64,000 nucleotides of DNA from a virus: positions 1-64,000 of the IMG/VR virus record IMGVR_UViG_3300046777_002497; one strand, given 5' to 3'. Below, piece after piece: positions 27,314 through 35,836 of the stretch. The position numbers were made by a program, and so were the translations under genes. The number at the start of each line of letters is the position of its first letter. The stretch's first letter is position 1. The notes below the pieces were generated by a model. The model had not been told where the DNA came from and did not search any database. It saw only the letters and a list, made by a program, of their open reading frames with translations.

Positions 27314-27655
27314 TCAAATCGTATAAGGAGTGCGTGAATAATTTGCTAATTCCTTTTCCAATTGCGCAAGTTTATGCTGGTAAAATAAATAAGCTTGCTG
27401 CCTAGTTTTTCCTGATGGCATTTGCATGATTTCCTGAAAAATTTCTTTTAGACATTCACATGCAGCTTCGTAACGTAACTGCTTATAAATCTTTTCGCCG
27501 CCAAGTTCATCGATAATGAAATCATCAAAGATTTCTTTTGCTTTTGTTAAATATTTTTGGCGCGTAGACTGATAATGTTTTCCAAAGCTTCCGTTTCTAA
27601 GTTGTTTTTCAGTGGGGAGAGAAATGTCAGTGGTGAATGCAAGATGATTTGCCAT
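27314..27655 (-). CDS. Hypothetical protein
   Basis: 113-aa ORF, co-oriented. Confidence 0.55.
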   Translation of the reverse strand: MANHLAFTTDISLPTEKQLRNGSFGKHYQSTRQKYLTKAKEIFDDFIIDELGGEKIYKQLRYEAACECLKEIFQEIMQMPSGKTRQQAYLFYQHKLAQLEKELANYSRTPYTI

Positions 27656-27793
27656 TTTCTTGAGAGAGAAGGGAAAGGGCTGCGGGGGCAGCCCTTGGCT
27701 GGGCTAGGCCAAGCTTCACGAGGCAAGGCTTTAACGACACTCAGTTGCCGGTAACGCTCCAATGAAAAAAATTGGGCGAGACAATGGTAATGG

Positions 27794-28168
27794 CTATTGC
27801 GTGACGTTGGCACAGAGCGTGGCCACCATCATTGCTTCGCCTGGTTTTGCGCCTTTAGCAATGGGACTGCGCCAGCCATTCCATTTACCAGCTTCCGTGG
27901 TGTTCACTTGTAGGAGCGGGCAACTCACGGCGATGTAGGAAGGAGTTTGGGCAGATTCTCCTTTGCATGAGCGTAGTGTGGTGCGCACGCCATCACTTGC
28001 TAGCTTCCATTGTCCCCATTGGTACGTGCAATCGCCAAAGGAACGTTCAGCGGCTGCAGGAGCTTGTTGCATGATCTTCTCTAGGATTTCTTGCTGGCGA
28101 TTCTTTACTGGCTCCTGTTGAACCATAGGAGGCAGTTCGGGCAGGGCAGTGGCGATGAGAGGAATCAT
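27794..28168 (-). CDS. Hypothetical protein, Cys-containing
   Basis: 124-aa ORF coupled to the upstream gene. Confidence 0.55.
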   Translation of the reverse strand: MIPLIATALPELPPMVQQEPVKNRQQEILEKIMQQAPAAAERSFGDCTYQWGQWKLASDGVRTTLRSCKGESAQTPSYIAVSCPLLQVNTTEAGKWNGWRSPIAKGAKPGEAMMVATLCANVTQ

Positions 28169-28428
28169 GAGAATGCAGAAGATTGTTGTTTTTGGTGAGC
28201 AGTTTGTGCTGGCAGCATTATCCAGCCGGTGTAATTAGGAGAAGAGCGATCTACGCGGATTAGTCCTTTCTTTTCAAGAGCAGCAAGAGCATTTAAATAC
28301 GCTTCCAGGCGATTGCCAACAAGGCAGCTTTTTGGTATGAAGCATGGAGCATTTTTGTTGCGCTTCTGATAAACAAGGAAATAGGAATAAAGATTGCGCT
28401 GGTTAATTGAAAGTCCAGAATTAAGCAT
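28165..28428 (-). CDS. Winged-helix-like small protein
   Basis: YLNALAALEKKGLIRV. Confidence 0.5.
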   Translation of the reverse strand: MLNSGLSINQRNLYSYFLVYQKRNKNAPCFIPKSCLVGNRLEAYLNALAALEKKGLIRVDRSSPNYTGWIMLPAQTAHQKQQSSAFS

Positions 28429-28430
28429 TG

Positions 28431-28667
28431 TCAGAAGATTTCATTGAAATACTGTTCAGCTTCCCATTTGTGGTCAAAGATGCCATAGGAAGTATCGTGA
28501 AGCTGCAGCTCAGTGATGCGTTCCCAACCGTAAGCTTCCCACTTTTGGGAGCCATCAGCGCAGAGGAATTGTCTGACGCCATAACCAGAGTGTTGCGCTT
28601 GACGATCCGCTTCGAGCTTGGCTAGGTAAGGGCTGGTTCTCCAGCCTTCAACTACTTTGTGAAACAT
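28431..28667 (-). CDS. Hypothetical protein
   Basis: Operon packing. Confidence 0.55.
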   Translation of the reverse strand: MFHKVVEGWRTSPYLAKLEADRQAQHSGYGVRQFLCADGSQKWEAYGWERITELQLHDTSYGIFDHKWEAEQYFNEIF

Positions 28668-28670
28668 TGC

Positions 28671-28949
28671 TCAAAAGGAAATGGATTGGCCGTTTGCTTT
28701 AACACTGATCACGCGCTCGCAATCAAAGGAACGCCAGGCGCCTTCACCTGCGCTACGAGCAATGGAGAAATCGCGGCAACGGACAATGCTGGGCTTTTTA
28801 ATGGCAGTGCCAGTGCCCTTGATTTCCTTGCTATCGCGAGGATTGAACTGAAGGCTGCGAACGGAACCATCAGCCTTGATGAACTGCACGCTGACAATGC
28901 TGCTGCCAGCATTGAAGATGAACTGCTTGACGAGAGCGGTTTTGTCCAT
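28671..28949 (-). CDS. WYL_2/SH3-like beta-barrel protein
   Basis: VSVQFIKADGSVR...AWRSFDCERV. Confidence 0.7.
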   Translation of the reverse strand: MDKTALVKQFIFNAGSSIVSVQFIKADGSVRSLQFNPRDSKEIKGTGTAIKKPSIVRCRDFSIARSAGEGAWRSFDCERVISVKANGQSISF

Positions 28950-28981
28950 GAGAGGAGGCATCGCTGCCAGACGACTAGAGA

Positions 28982-29031
28982 ACAATACAGGAGAAAGGCC
29001 CCAGAAATGGGGCCTGTAACAAAGCTTTACA
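28982..29031 (-). promoter_or_regulatory. Early promoter cassette, copy 3
   Basis: acaataca...AGGCCCCA/TGGGGCCT...tgtaacaaagctttaca. Confidence 0.75.
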
Positions 29032-29284
29032 TTTGATCGCAAATGCCCATCAGCACTTCACCCACGTATTTCCTTGCTGCTTCAATGTGGCCAAAAGCTT
29101 CAGAGCGCTCATCACGAGCTTGATAGTAAGCATCAGGACCTTGTGGATAAAAATCCCTTCCGTTGCATGTTGTAGAGGCAAAAGCCTCTAAGGCTTTGGT
29201 GAGAGCATCGTAAGCAGAAGCATATTCATCTCTGAGATCAGTCTTGGAAGTACCGTTGAGATGGAGAGTGGGGATGGTAGTCAT
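29027..29284 (-). CDS. Hypothetical phage protein
   Basis: PTLHLNGTS...NGRDFYPQG motif. Confidence 0.65.
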   Translation of the reverse strand: MTTIPTLHLNGTSKTDLRDEYASAYDALTKALEAFASTTCNGRDFYPQGPDAYYQARDERSEAFGHIEAARKYVGEVLMGICDQM

Positions 29285-29309
29285 GGTTGCGAGAGGCGCG
29301 AACAAAGGA

Positions 29310-29359
29310 ACAATACATGAGAAAGGGGCCTGGTGGCCCCGTTGTTGCATTTCGCAACA
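29310..29359 (-). promoter_or_regulatory. Early promoter cassette, copy 4
   Basis: acaataca...GGGGCC/GGCCCC...tgttgcatttcgcaaca. Confidence 0.7.
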
Positions 29360-29560
29360 TTTACTGAAGGCTCTCAATGCGGAAAGGCTTGAGACGCCCT
29401 ATTCGCAAGGCTTTTTCCTTAACGAACTGTTGACTATTTGTTTTTGTATTCTTGATTTTGTATAAACCAGTTTCAGGAATAACTTTTGTAATAATATATT
29501 CTCCTCTCCATTGTTTAAAGCCAAAGTCATACAAATCGACGATGGTGCCAATAGAGAATT

Positions 29561-29752
29561 TCATGAGGACAACAGACGCTTGATGTCTCGCTCCACATTC
29601 TTTAATGCACGCCAATCAGTGCAGCTTGTGCTGCAAACGAGAGTCTTGCCAGAAGAATGCTTAAACACATAGTGTTTATTCTTGCGATGAAGAACAAAAC
29701 CATGCTTTTTAACAAGATCGAGCAATGCGCGTCTATTGTCCTTTAATGCCAT
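29561..29752 (-). CDS. HicA-like dsRBD-fold protein
   Basis: LVKKHGFVLHRKNKHYVFKH..GKT...S.TD.RA.KN. Confidence 0.65.
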   Translation of the reverse strand: MALKDNRRALLDLVKKHGFVLHRKNKHYVFKHSSGKTLVCSTSCTDWRALKNVERDIKRLLSS

Positions 29753-30064
29753 TACAAATAGCGCCAGATATGATCTTCCATGCTGTCAGCTAATGTGCGG
29801 AAATAAGCTTTTGTGCGCTTGTATGGTTTGCTCGCTGGGGCATGATCAGGCGCTTTAGAAACAACGGCCAAAAGCTTAGCGCGAGCAGCAAGACGATCAT
29901 TCTGAGAATAGCTAGTCAGTTCATAGCCTGCATTTTTGACCATGCGGGCAATGGCACGTTGAGAGCGCGTGAGAAAAGGGGTGTGAGTCATTAGAGGAAC
30001 CATCGCTGGTGAAGGAAGGAAAGGCTCCTTTCGGAGCCCCTTTGCTTCCATGGGGACAATAGGG

Positions 30065-30256
30065 CTACTGAACTGCGTTGTCAAGAGGATCAACTTTAAA
30101 GCCGTTGGCAATGCGGCAGTAGCGCTCCGGATGGAGCTTTAGGCATTCTGTCAAGCCCTCTTGGTTTGGCATTGCCTGAGGAGCTGCGACAATGGCAAAA
30201 GCACCAATACCAAAAGCGCAAGAAAACAGCGCGAAAGAAGCCACGTTACGAAGCAT
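30065..30256 (-). CDS. Small membrane/secreted protein
   Basis: Hydrophobic N-terminus followed by CLKLHPERYC. Confidence 0.55.
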   Translation of the reverse strand: MLRNVASFALFSCAFGIGAFAIVAAPQAMPNQEGLTECLKLHPERYCRIANGFKVDPLDNAVQ

Positions 30257-30261
30257 GGTCA

Positions 30262-30618
30262 TCACAAGCGAGAGAAGCAAATACGGGCAGTCCCCTGCCC
30301 AGGCGAAGCAAGTCTTGAAAAACTGCCGTAGGACAAGTCAAGAATGCGCCCGCCGTAGTATGGGCCGCGATCATTGACTGTCACCACTGTTTGCCTTCCA
30401 TTGTCACGATTTGTCACGAGAAGGCGCGTGCCAAATGGAAGCCATGGATGGGCAGCAATAGAACCGTAGGCATCAAACCTGACGCCACTGGCAGTGCGTT
30501 GCCCGTGATAGGAATCCCCCACGCCATAGTGCGAGGCTTCGCCGCATTGCCTTGACGCAGCATGGGCAGGGATGGCAGGAGCCAAAAGGAACAGAGAAAG
30601 AAGAAATCGTGAAAGCAT
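30262..30618 (-). CDS. rlpA: RlpA-like lytic transglycosylase (DPBB) with signal peptide
   Basis: ASHYG..HGQRTASG, AAHPWLPFGT and VNDRGPY..GRILDLS motifs. Confidence 0.88.
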   Translation of the reverse strand: MLSRFLLSLFLLAPAIPAHAASRQCGEASHYGVGDSYHGQRTASGVRFDAYGSIAAHPWLPFGTRLLVTNRDNGRQTVVTVNDRGPYYGGRILDLSYGSFSRLASPGQGTARICFSRL

Positions 30619-30729
30619 CAAAATGGTGAAAGAGCTAGAGAGGCCCATCGCCCTCGCGGACGACGGTTTTACCATTGTGCCATGCCTGTCAAGCATGCCG
30701 TCGTGAGCAGCAGCATGTGTTACAGTTTG

Positions 30730-30948
30730 TGAGCAGTCGGTTCTAGCGGCTTAATTGCCGCTCCTGTCGCAAGGCGGGCCGTGAGGGTGAACGCTTGACG
30801 GTGGCGTGGGTGATGCTGTATGGCTTCGCCAAGGAGCTAGTCATTCTCCTGAGAGGCACGCCGCCCTTCTAGGCGAGGAGTTTTCCCCTGGTTGTGTTCA
30901 AGCATCGGAGACTGTAAAGAAAAGGGGGCTTTGGCCCCCTTTTCTTTT
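30730..30948 (+). ncRNA. Candidate structured small RNA
   Basis: TGtTACAGT -10 upstream; hairpins including GCGGC-TTAATT-GCCGC and CCTGTC-GCAA-GGCGGG; strong terminator AAAAGGGGGC/GCCCCCTTTT. Confidence 0.5.
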
Positions 30949-30983
30949 GTCTAGATAAGCTATAGAAGATTAGTTGGTTTTCT

Positions 30984-31184
30984 ATGGAAAGCAAATTGTC
31001 TTCTGAGCAGGAACGTGAACGTCTTGCACGATGGCTTAGTCGAGGAGAAGTTTATATTCCACCGAGCGAAGAAGTTTATGATCCTCGAAATGAAGATGAT
31101 TATTCAACGTGGGATGTAGGCATGGAGCCTATTCCTGGCGATCATACATGGGCAAAAGAAAAGGCTCCCGATGGAGCCTTTTGA
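30984..31184 (+). CDS. Hypothetical acidic protein
   Basis: 66-aa ORF. Confidence 0.5.
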   Translation: MESKLSSEQERERLARWLSRGEVYIPPSEEVYDPRNEDDYSTWDVGMEPIPGDHTWAKEKAPDGAF

Positions 31185-31361
31185 TTAGAAATTAGAAACT
31201 GTCTTCACGCTTCCGCCTCTTGCGAGTACGACACTCTTCTAGCTCATTAAGAACTTGCAGCCACACAAAAACTGCGAACCCAGCAAGAGTAATGACAAGA
31301 GCACCATAAACCGCGCAAACCAAAAAGACAAAGTAGGTCGACATAGCTGTCAAGGTTCGGA

Positions 31362-31559
31362 CTAAATGGCGTTTCGCCTTAGAAACTTAATCATAAGCTG
31401 ATGAGCTTCCCCGGCATCCGCAATGAACTGGCCTCGGTAGTGGAAGCCTTCCTTGTCGATGCGGATCACTTCTTCCGTTTTTTCCCGCAGTACGATCCTG
31501 TTAAGCGGATCGACGATACGTGTCGTATCTAAGGTCGCTGTGATTGGAAGTTCAGTCAT
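31362..31559 (-). CDS. Small hypothetical protein (EVIRIDKEGFHYRGQFIADAGEAH family)
   Basis: Coupled ORF in the cassette cluster. Confidence 0.6.
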   Translation of the reverse strand: MTELPITATLDTTRIVDPLNRIVLREKTEEVIRIDKEGFHYRGQFIADAGEAHQLMIKFLRRNAI

Positions 31560-31747
31560 TGTGCCTCCAGTTCATCGGCGATGGCGAGAAGGGCTTTCTC
31601 GTCAATGATGGGGTGGTCAGTATGCCCATAAGCCAACTGACTAGCAGCAGCTCGCAGGGCGGCGGCTATGTCATCATTCCTGTACCAGGTTTTGCGGCCA
31701 GTAGCGTCCAGCACCGCCTGCGCGGCGGGAGAGAAAGGTTTAGTCAT
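31556..31747 (-). CDS. Small protein, SPAAQAVL family (paralog of 50950-51180)
   Basis: SPAAQAVL..AAALRAA..LLAIA.ELE is shared by both copies. Confidence 0.7.
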   Translation of the reverse strand: MTKPFSPAAQAVLDATGRKTWYRNDDIAAALRAAASQLAYGHTDHPIIDEKALLAIADELEAQ

Positions 31748-31919
31748 CAGGCTGTTCTTCCGCAAGCGGTAGTGAGGGGCCAAGGCTTTCGAGCCAACAC
31801 AACATGCACCAATGACCTTCGTAGCCTTCGATATTGCTGCTGATGTGGTATTCATGCGTACCATGCTTGGGACACACAATTTGCTTCTGGGAAATTTTCA
31901 GATTCAAGAAATCAGTCAT
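31740..31919 (-). CDS. Small Cys/His protein, CPKHG family (paralog of 51556-51732)
   Basis: CPKHG...EG.WC.LCWLESLG. Confidence 0.7.
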   Translation of the reverse strand: MTDFLNLKISQKQIVCPKHGTHEYHISSNIEGYEGHWCMLCWLESLGPSLPLAEEQPDD

Positions 31920-32241
31920 TGATCTGCTCCAATGCGCGATGGATGATGTCGATGTCTTCAGGCTCAAGCTCCATGCGTCCGTCCAATGTGTAGCCACATT
32001 CGAGAAGCACTCGCATGGCCTGTTTTTTTAGACTCGGCGGTTTGGGCCTGCGTGCGGCAAAAAGCGCCTCATGTTCATACTCGTGACCTTCTAACTTCAG
32101 CCACTCACAGCACGCCTCCAGCTCTTGGTCTGCGCCCCATTGGGCGGCTTTACGGGCTAGGCCGTACTTGGTGGAGTGATCTTGCATCCACTGCTCTATT
32201 AGGTGCGGCGGTGGCACCTTGGAATAATCTCCTTGGGTCAT
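31912..32241 (-). CDS. AAQWGADQELEAC family, paralog 1
   Basis: PPP.LI..W...AAQWGADQELEAC..ARRPKPPSLK. Confidence 0.75.
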   Translation of the reverse strand: MTQGDYSKVPPPHLIEQWMQDHSTKYGLARKAAQWGADQELEACCEWLKLEGHEYEHEALFAARRPKPPSLKKQAMRVLLECGYTLDGRMELEPEDIDIIHRALEQIND

Positions 32242-32260
32242 GGGTAATTAGTGGAAGCGA

Positions 32261-32617
32261 CTACTTGTTGTCGGGGAGTTGTTCAAGGGCGCGGCGGATG
32301 GTGTCAGCCTGTATTCCGCTTAAACAGCCCCTATCAAAAGCAATGCGCAAATCGTCAAGCGCCAGCTCCTTCAAGCTCGGTGGCTTGGGACGGCGTGCGG
32401 CGCGCAAAGCCGGAATGGCTTTGCCGTCATCGCCCCAGTAACCCATGCGTTTCATCCAGTCAATGCACCCCTCCAGCTCCTGATCTGCGCCCCATTGCGC
32501 GGCGCGGGTGGCTAAGTCAATAGAGCCTTCACCCGGAGTAAGAGGTGCGCCGAAAAAGTCACTGACCCAGCCTTCGATTAGCGCGGGCGGTGGGGTTACG
32601 GGATGTTCTTGTGTCAT
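32261..32617 (-). CDS. AAQWGADQELEAC family, paralog 2
   Basis: Same motifs. Confidence 0.75.
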   Translation of the reverse strand: MTQEHPVTPPPALIEGWVSDFFGAPLTPGEGSIDLATRAAQWGADQELEGCIDWMKRMGYWGDDGKAIPALRAARRPKPPSLKELALDDLRIAFDRGCLSGIQADTIRRALEQLPDNK

Positions 32618-32636
32618 GGGTGATTAGTGGTAATGA

Positions 32637-32996
32637 CTACTCGTTATCGGGCAAGGATTCAAGTACAGCGCGGATGAGCTTGTAGTTCTGGATGCTCAAC
32701 TCAGCCTGCTCTTCATCCAAAGCTTCTAACGCCTGCTCTTTCAAGCTCGGCGGTTTGGGGCGGCGAGCGGTCCAGATGTCTTCGGCTAAACGAACACGGT
32801 CACTGGTTTCGTCAATGTAGAAAATTCCCGCTCCGTCAATGATCTCCATGCGACATGCCTCCAGCTCATCGTCTGCTCCTGCTCTGTAAATATCTTCAAA
32901 CATTGCATAGAGCGATCTCCCTGCTTCAAACTGTTCTGACCACTTCTGGATCAGTTCCGGTGGTGGAGTGATGGGGAAAGAATGATTCTCAGTCAT
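32637..32996 (-). CDS. AAQWGADQELEAC family, paralog 3
   Basis: ITPPPELIQKW..GADDELEAC..ARRPKPPSLKEQAL. Confidence 0.75.
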   Translation of the reverse strand: MTENHSFPITPPPELIQKWSEQFEAGRSLYAMFEDIYRAGADDELEACRMEIIDGAGIFYIDETSDRVRLAEDIWTARRPKPPSLKEQALEALDEEQAELSIQNYKLIRAVLESLPDNE

Positions 32997-33812
32997 TTTC
33001 AATGCCAATAGCCTGTTTGTTTGCATAGTCACTTACCAAGTGATTAGAGCAAATCACTTGTGTCGTTCAATTGATATGCAAATACTGCCAACGCAGCAAA
33101 GCTGGAATAGAAGCAGGCTCAAGGCCCATGTCTTCAAGCACAAGTTCAAACCATTCTGCCATGACATCAATCACTGCAATCACTTGCGGATCATCAGGAA
33201 GAATGTCATCTTCCATGGCTTCTGCAATCATTTGCTGAAGTTTGGTGAATTTGTTCATGATTAAATGCCAGTGGCAGCACGGTAAAGTTTAAGGCACAAA
33301 AGCTCATGCTTTTGTTTCCATAGTTCTAAACGACCCTCTAATTGCTGGAGACTGAGCTGTCTGTTTAAGCGTTGAGGACGTTCCCAGTCAAGCTCAGGAT
33401 CGTTGTCGTAGTCACCATCAGTAAAGAAGGCCATAGTCAGAAAGCTCCTTCTTTGATGGCACGCGAGTAAGAAAGCATATATTCTTCCAGATCTGTGCCA
33501 GTAGGAGTTTCTTCAACAATCTGTTCATGATCCTTTTGTGCTTGCTTTAGAGAGGCTTGAAAAATGTGCTTGATAGAACCGAGCGCAATGCGCTGCTTAA
33601 TATTCGGCTCATCGTCAATTGCCTGCTCTAATGTGCAAACAAAATCTTGAAGCTCCTTCACTGTGATAGGCACGCTGGCAATGGGAGAGCCGAAGCTCAT
33701 TACCAAGCGATTGTCAGAAGTGAAGGCTGAAAGCTTCTCTCCCCAATGATAAAACCTTACAGTCATTGCTTTAAAGAGAAAGGGCATGCAAGCTCTCGCC
33801 CGCATGTCCTGT

Positions 33813-33862
33813 AGTATGCCGCCTTTAGCGGGCCGAGTCAAGCGTTGTAACAATGCTTAACA
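33813..33862 (-). promoter_or_regulatory. Sigma70 promoter with the same upstream 17-bp box
   Basis: TTGACT-17 nt-CATACT; box TGTTAAGCATTGTTACA at the same distance from the -10 as in the four cassettes. Confidence 0.7.
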
Positions 33863-34278
33863 GAGCCTGCTCTTTCCCTGAGCTCAAGCGTGGTGCGATA
33901 AGCCGCCTTATGGCTTGGCAGAGGTCTGTCCCGCCATTTGGTGGCAATGCAGTGGCATGCGCCCATGGGCTCTAGCACTACGTGCCTGTTGGTCCTGTCC
34001 AGCAAGATTTGCAAGGCCTGGCGCTTTCGCTTGGAAAGGCCAGGCTCTGGCTCTTCAATGCCCACTCGCGCATAGTCCGCTAGCTCAGAAAGATCGTCTA
34101 GCGAATTGGTCGTGATAACAAAATGGCGTCCACGACGCTGAGCCTTGTTCCATGCAGGATGGATGTTTTCTGCTGCTAAAGCTTTGGCATCTTCTTGAAG
34201 CTCAGGAGGAAGCACAATATGAACCGTGGGCGCCAGTGGTGTGCCTTCAACAATGAAGGAAGGCTGATGGGTGTCCAT
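33838..34278 (-). CDS. Hypothetical protein
   Basis: 146-aa ORF. Confidence 0.55.
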   Translation of the reverse strand: MDTHQPSFIVEGTPLAPTVHIVLPPELQEDAKALAAENIHPAWNKAQRRGRHFVITTNSLDDLSELADYARVGIEEPEPGLSKRKRQALQILLDRTNRHVVLEPMGACHCIATKWRDRPLPSHKAAYRTTLELRERAGSVKHCYNA

Positions 34279-34603
34279 GAAGAATCAATGGAAAAGGAAT
34301 TCACGGCTTTTGAAGATAACAAGCGTGTTGCCCCATGTGCGACGAGGAAGCAATGCTTGAGAGCCCATACTGTTCTGCCAGCTAATTGAAAGCGGGCCTA
34401 TCCACATTGTTCCCCAATCGCTGCTGCAAATGATGCCGATGAAATCGTTCATTGTTCGGGAAGAGGCTTGATTTCTTCAATCATGGCAATCTTAATGTCA
34501 GGGCGCATTGCAAGCATAAAATGTTCAGCTTGTTTAGGAGAAATGGCGCCAAGAGCAATAGTTTTACCTTCGGAAGTGGTGATTTTGAAAGTGCGACAAG
34601 GAG

Positions 34604-35038
34604 TCATAAGTCTTCCTCGATGTGTTCAAGAATGGCTTGAGAGAGTTCTTTCTCTAGCATAATTTTCCAATCCTTATCACCGCCTAAACTTCCCACTTCA
34701 CAAATGAGATGGAGACTGTCTGAAATGCGAGTGGCATCCATCATGCACGCCACTGCTTCTGGCATTTGACCAATGCCAAACAAGTCCTCTGCTGCGTCCG
34801 TATGGGCTTCAAACCACTTCCCTAGGCAGTACAGCGCCACCTGGCGGTAGGTTTCATCACCATAGTGTTCTAGAAAGCTTTCAATGGCAGTGTGGAGCTT
34901 AGGAGGCACGCCTACAGTGGCATGATCGCTGATATGGGGAGCAATGGAAGCAGAGATGGCTTCACGCTTTCCCTGCTTTGCTGCAGCAGCTTCACGCAGG
35001 AATGCTTCAGCAGTGGAAAAAGTAAAATCTGAGGACAA
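34604..35038 (-). CDS. Hypothetical protein
   Basis: 144-aa ORF. Confidence 0.55.
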   Translation of the reverse strand: MSSDFTFSTAEAFLREAAAAKQGKREAISASIAPHISDHATVGVPPKLHTAIESFLEHYGDETYRQVALYCLGKWFEAHTDAAEDLFGIGQMPEAVACMMDATRISDSLHLICEVGSLGGDKDWKIMLEKELSQAILEHIEEDL

Positions 35039-35083
35039 TGGAAGGGAGCAACAATGACAGTGTGCTCACGCTAGCGCCGCTTG

Positions 35084-35836
35084 TCAATAGTCGTTCTCAT
35101 TAATTGTTTGTAAAGGAATGGTTTCAGGCCATTCTTCTTTCTCGGGCTCAGTCTCGAACGATACTGGCGAGGCCGATGCAGGCAAAGAATTCTCGCGGCG
35201 TTCTTCCGTAGCCTTCGCTTCTTTCTCCTTTGCAATGGTGGAAGAAAGATCTTGCAGGAATTTGCGGTAGGACGTGTCCTGCTGCTCAACAGGCTTGTGC
35301 TCGTTAAGGCCAAGCAGCTTCGCCTGTTCTACCAAGCTGTTCTTGGCCACGTTGAGGAACGATGGATCACCAGCACTCTCTTCGATTTTGACCATCTCCT
35401 TACCGCCTTCACCATCGCCTTCCATGATCGTGACAGTGCGTTTCTTCTTGCTGCCTTCAAAGCTATTGAGCGCCAGGTCCTTGAGGTCCATCTGCTCTTT
35501 TAGGAGACGTGCACGATGCACGTCTTGGTTTTTCAGGATTTCTTCTGTATATAGCTGCCTATTGAAATGCCGGTCTCCATTAACTGTTTCCTTGCTTAGC
35601 TTGAGAACATTTGCAATTTGGCGATTGCTCATTCTGGCAGCAAGAAGCTCTTGCACCATCCATCGCCTAAGGCCAAGCATTTCTTTGCTATAACCAGCGG
35701 CGCCAGTGCCACCATTCACTTTTGTTTCACGCACTGCTTCAAATTGCGTGAGACTGATGCCGGCTTTCTTTAATGCATTAGCAGCGTATTGAAGCTCCTG
35801 TTCTGGGCTCTCGAAATCAATCTCAGGCTTAGCCAT
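35084..35836 (-). CDS. HTH protein, possible terminase small subunit
   Basis: MSNRQIANVLKLSKETVNGD HTH, then helical region with GDPSFL..AKLLGL. Confidence 0.55.
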   Translation of the reverse strand: MAKPEIDFESPEQELQYAANALKKAGISLTQFEAVRETKVNGGTGAAGYSKEMLGLRRWMVQELLAARMSNRQIANVLKLSKETVNGDRHFNRQLYTEEILKNQDVHRARLLKEQMDLKDLALNSFEGSKKKRTVTIMEGDGEGGKEMVKIEESAGDPSFLNVAKNSLVEQAKLLGLNEHKPVEQQDTSYRKFLQDLSSTIAKEKEAKATEERRENSLPASASPVSFETEPEKEEWPETIPLQTINENDY

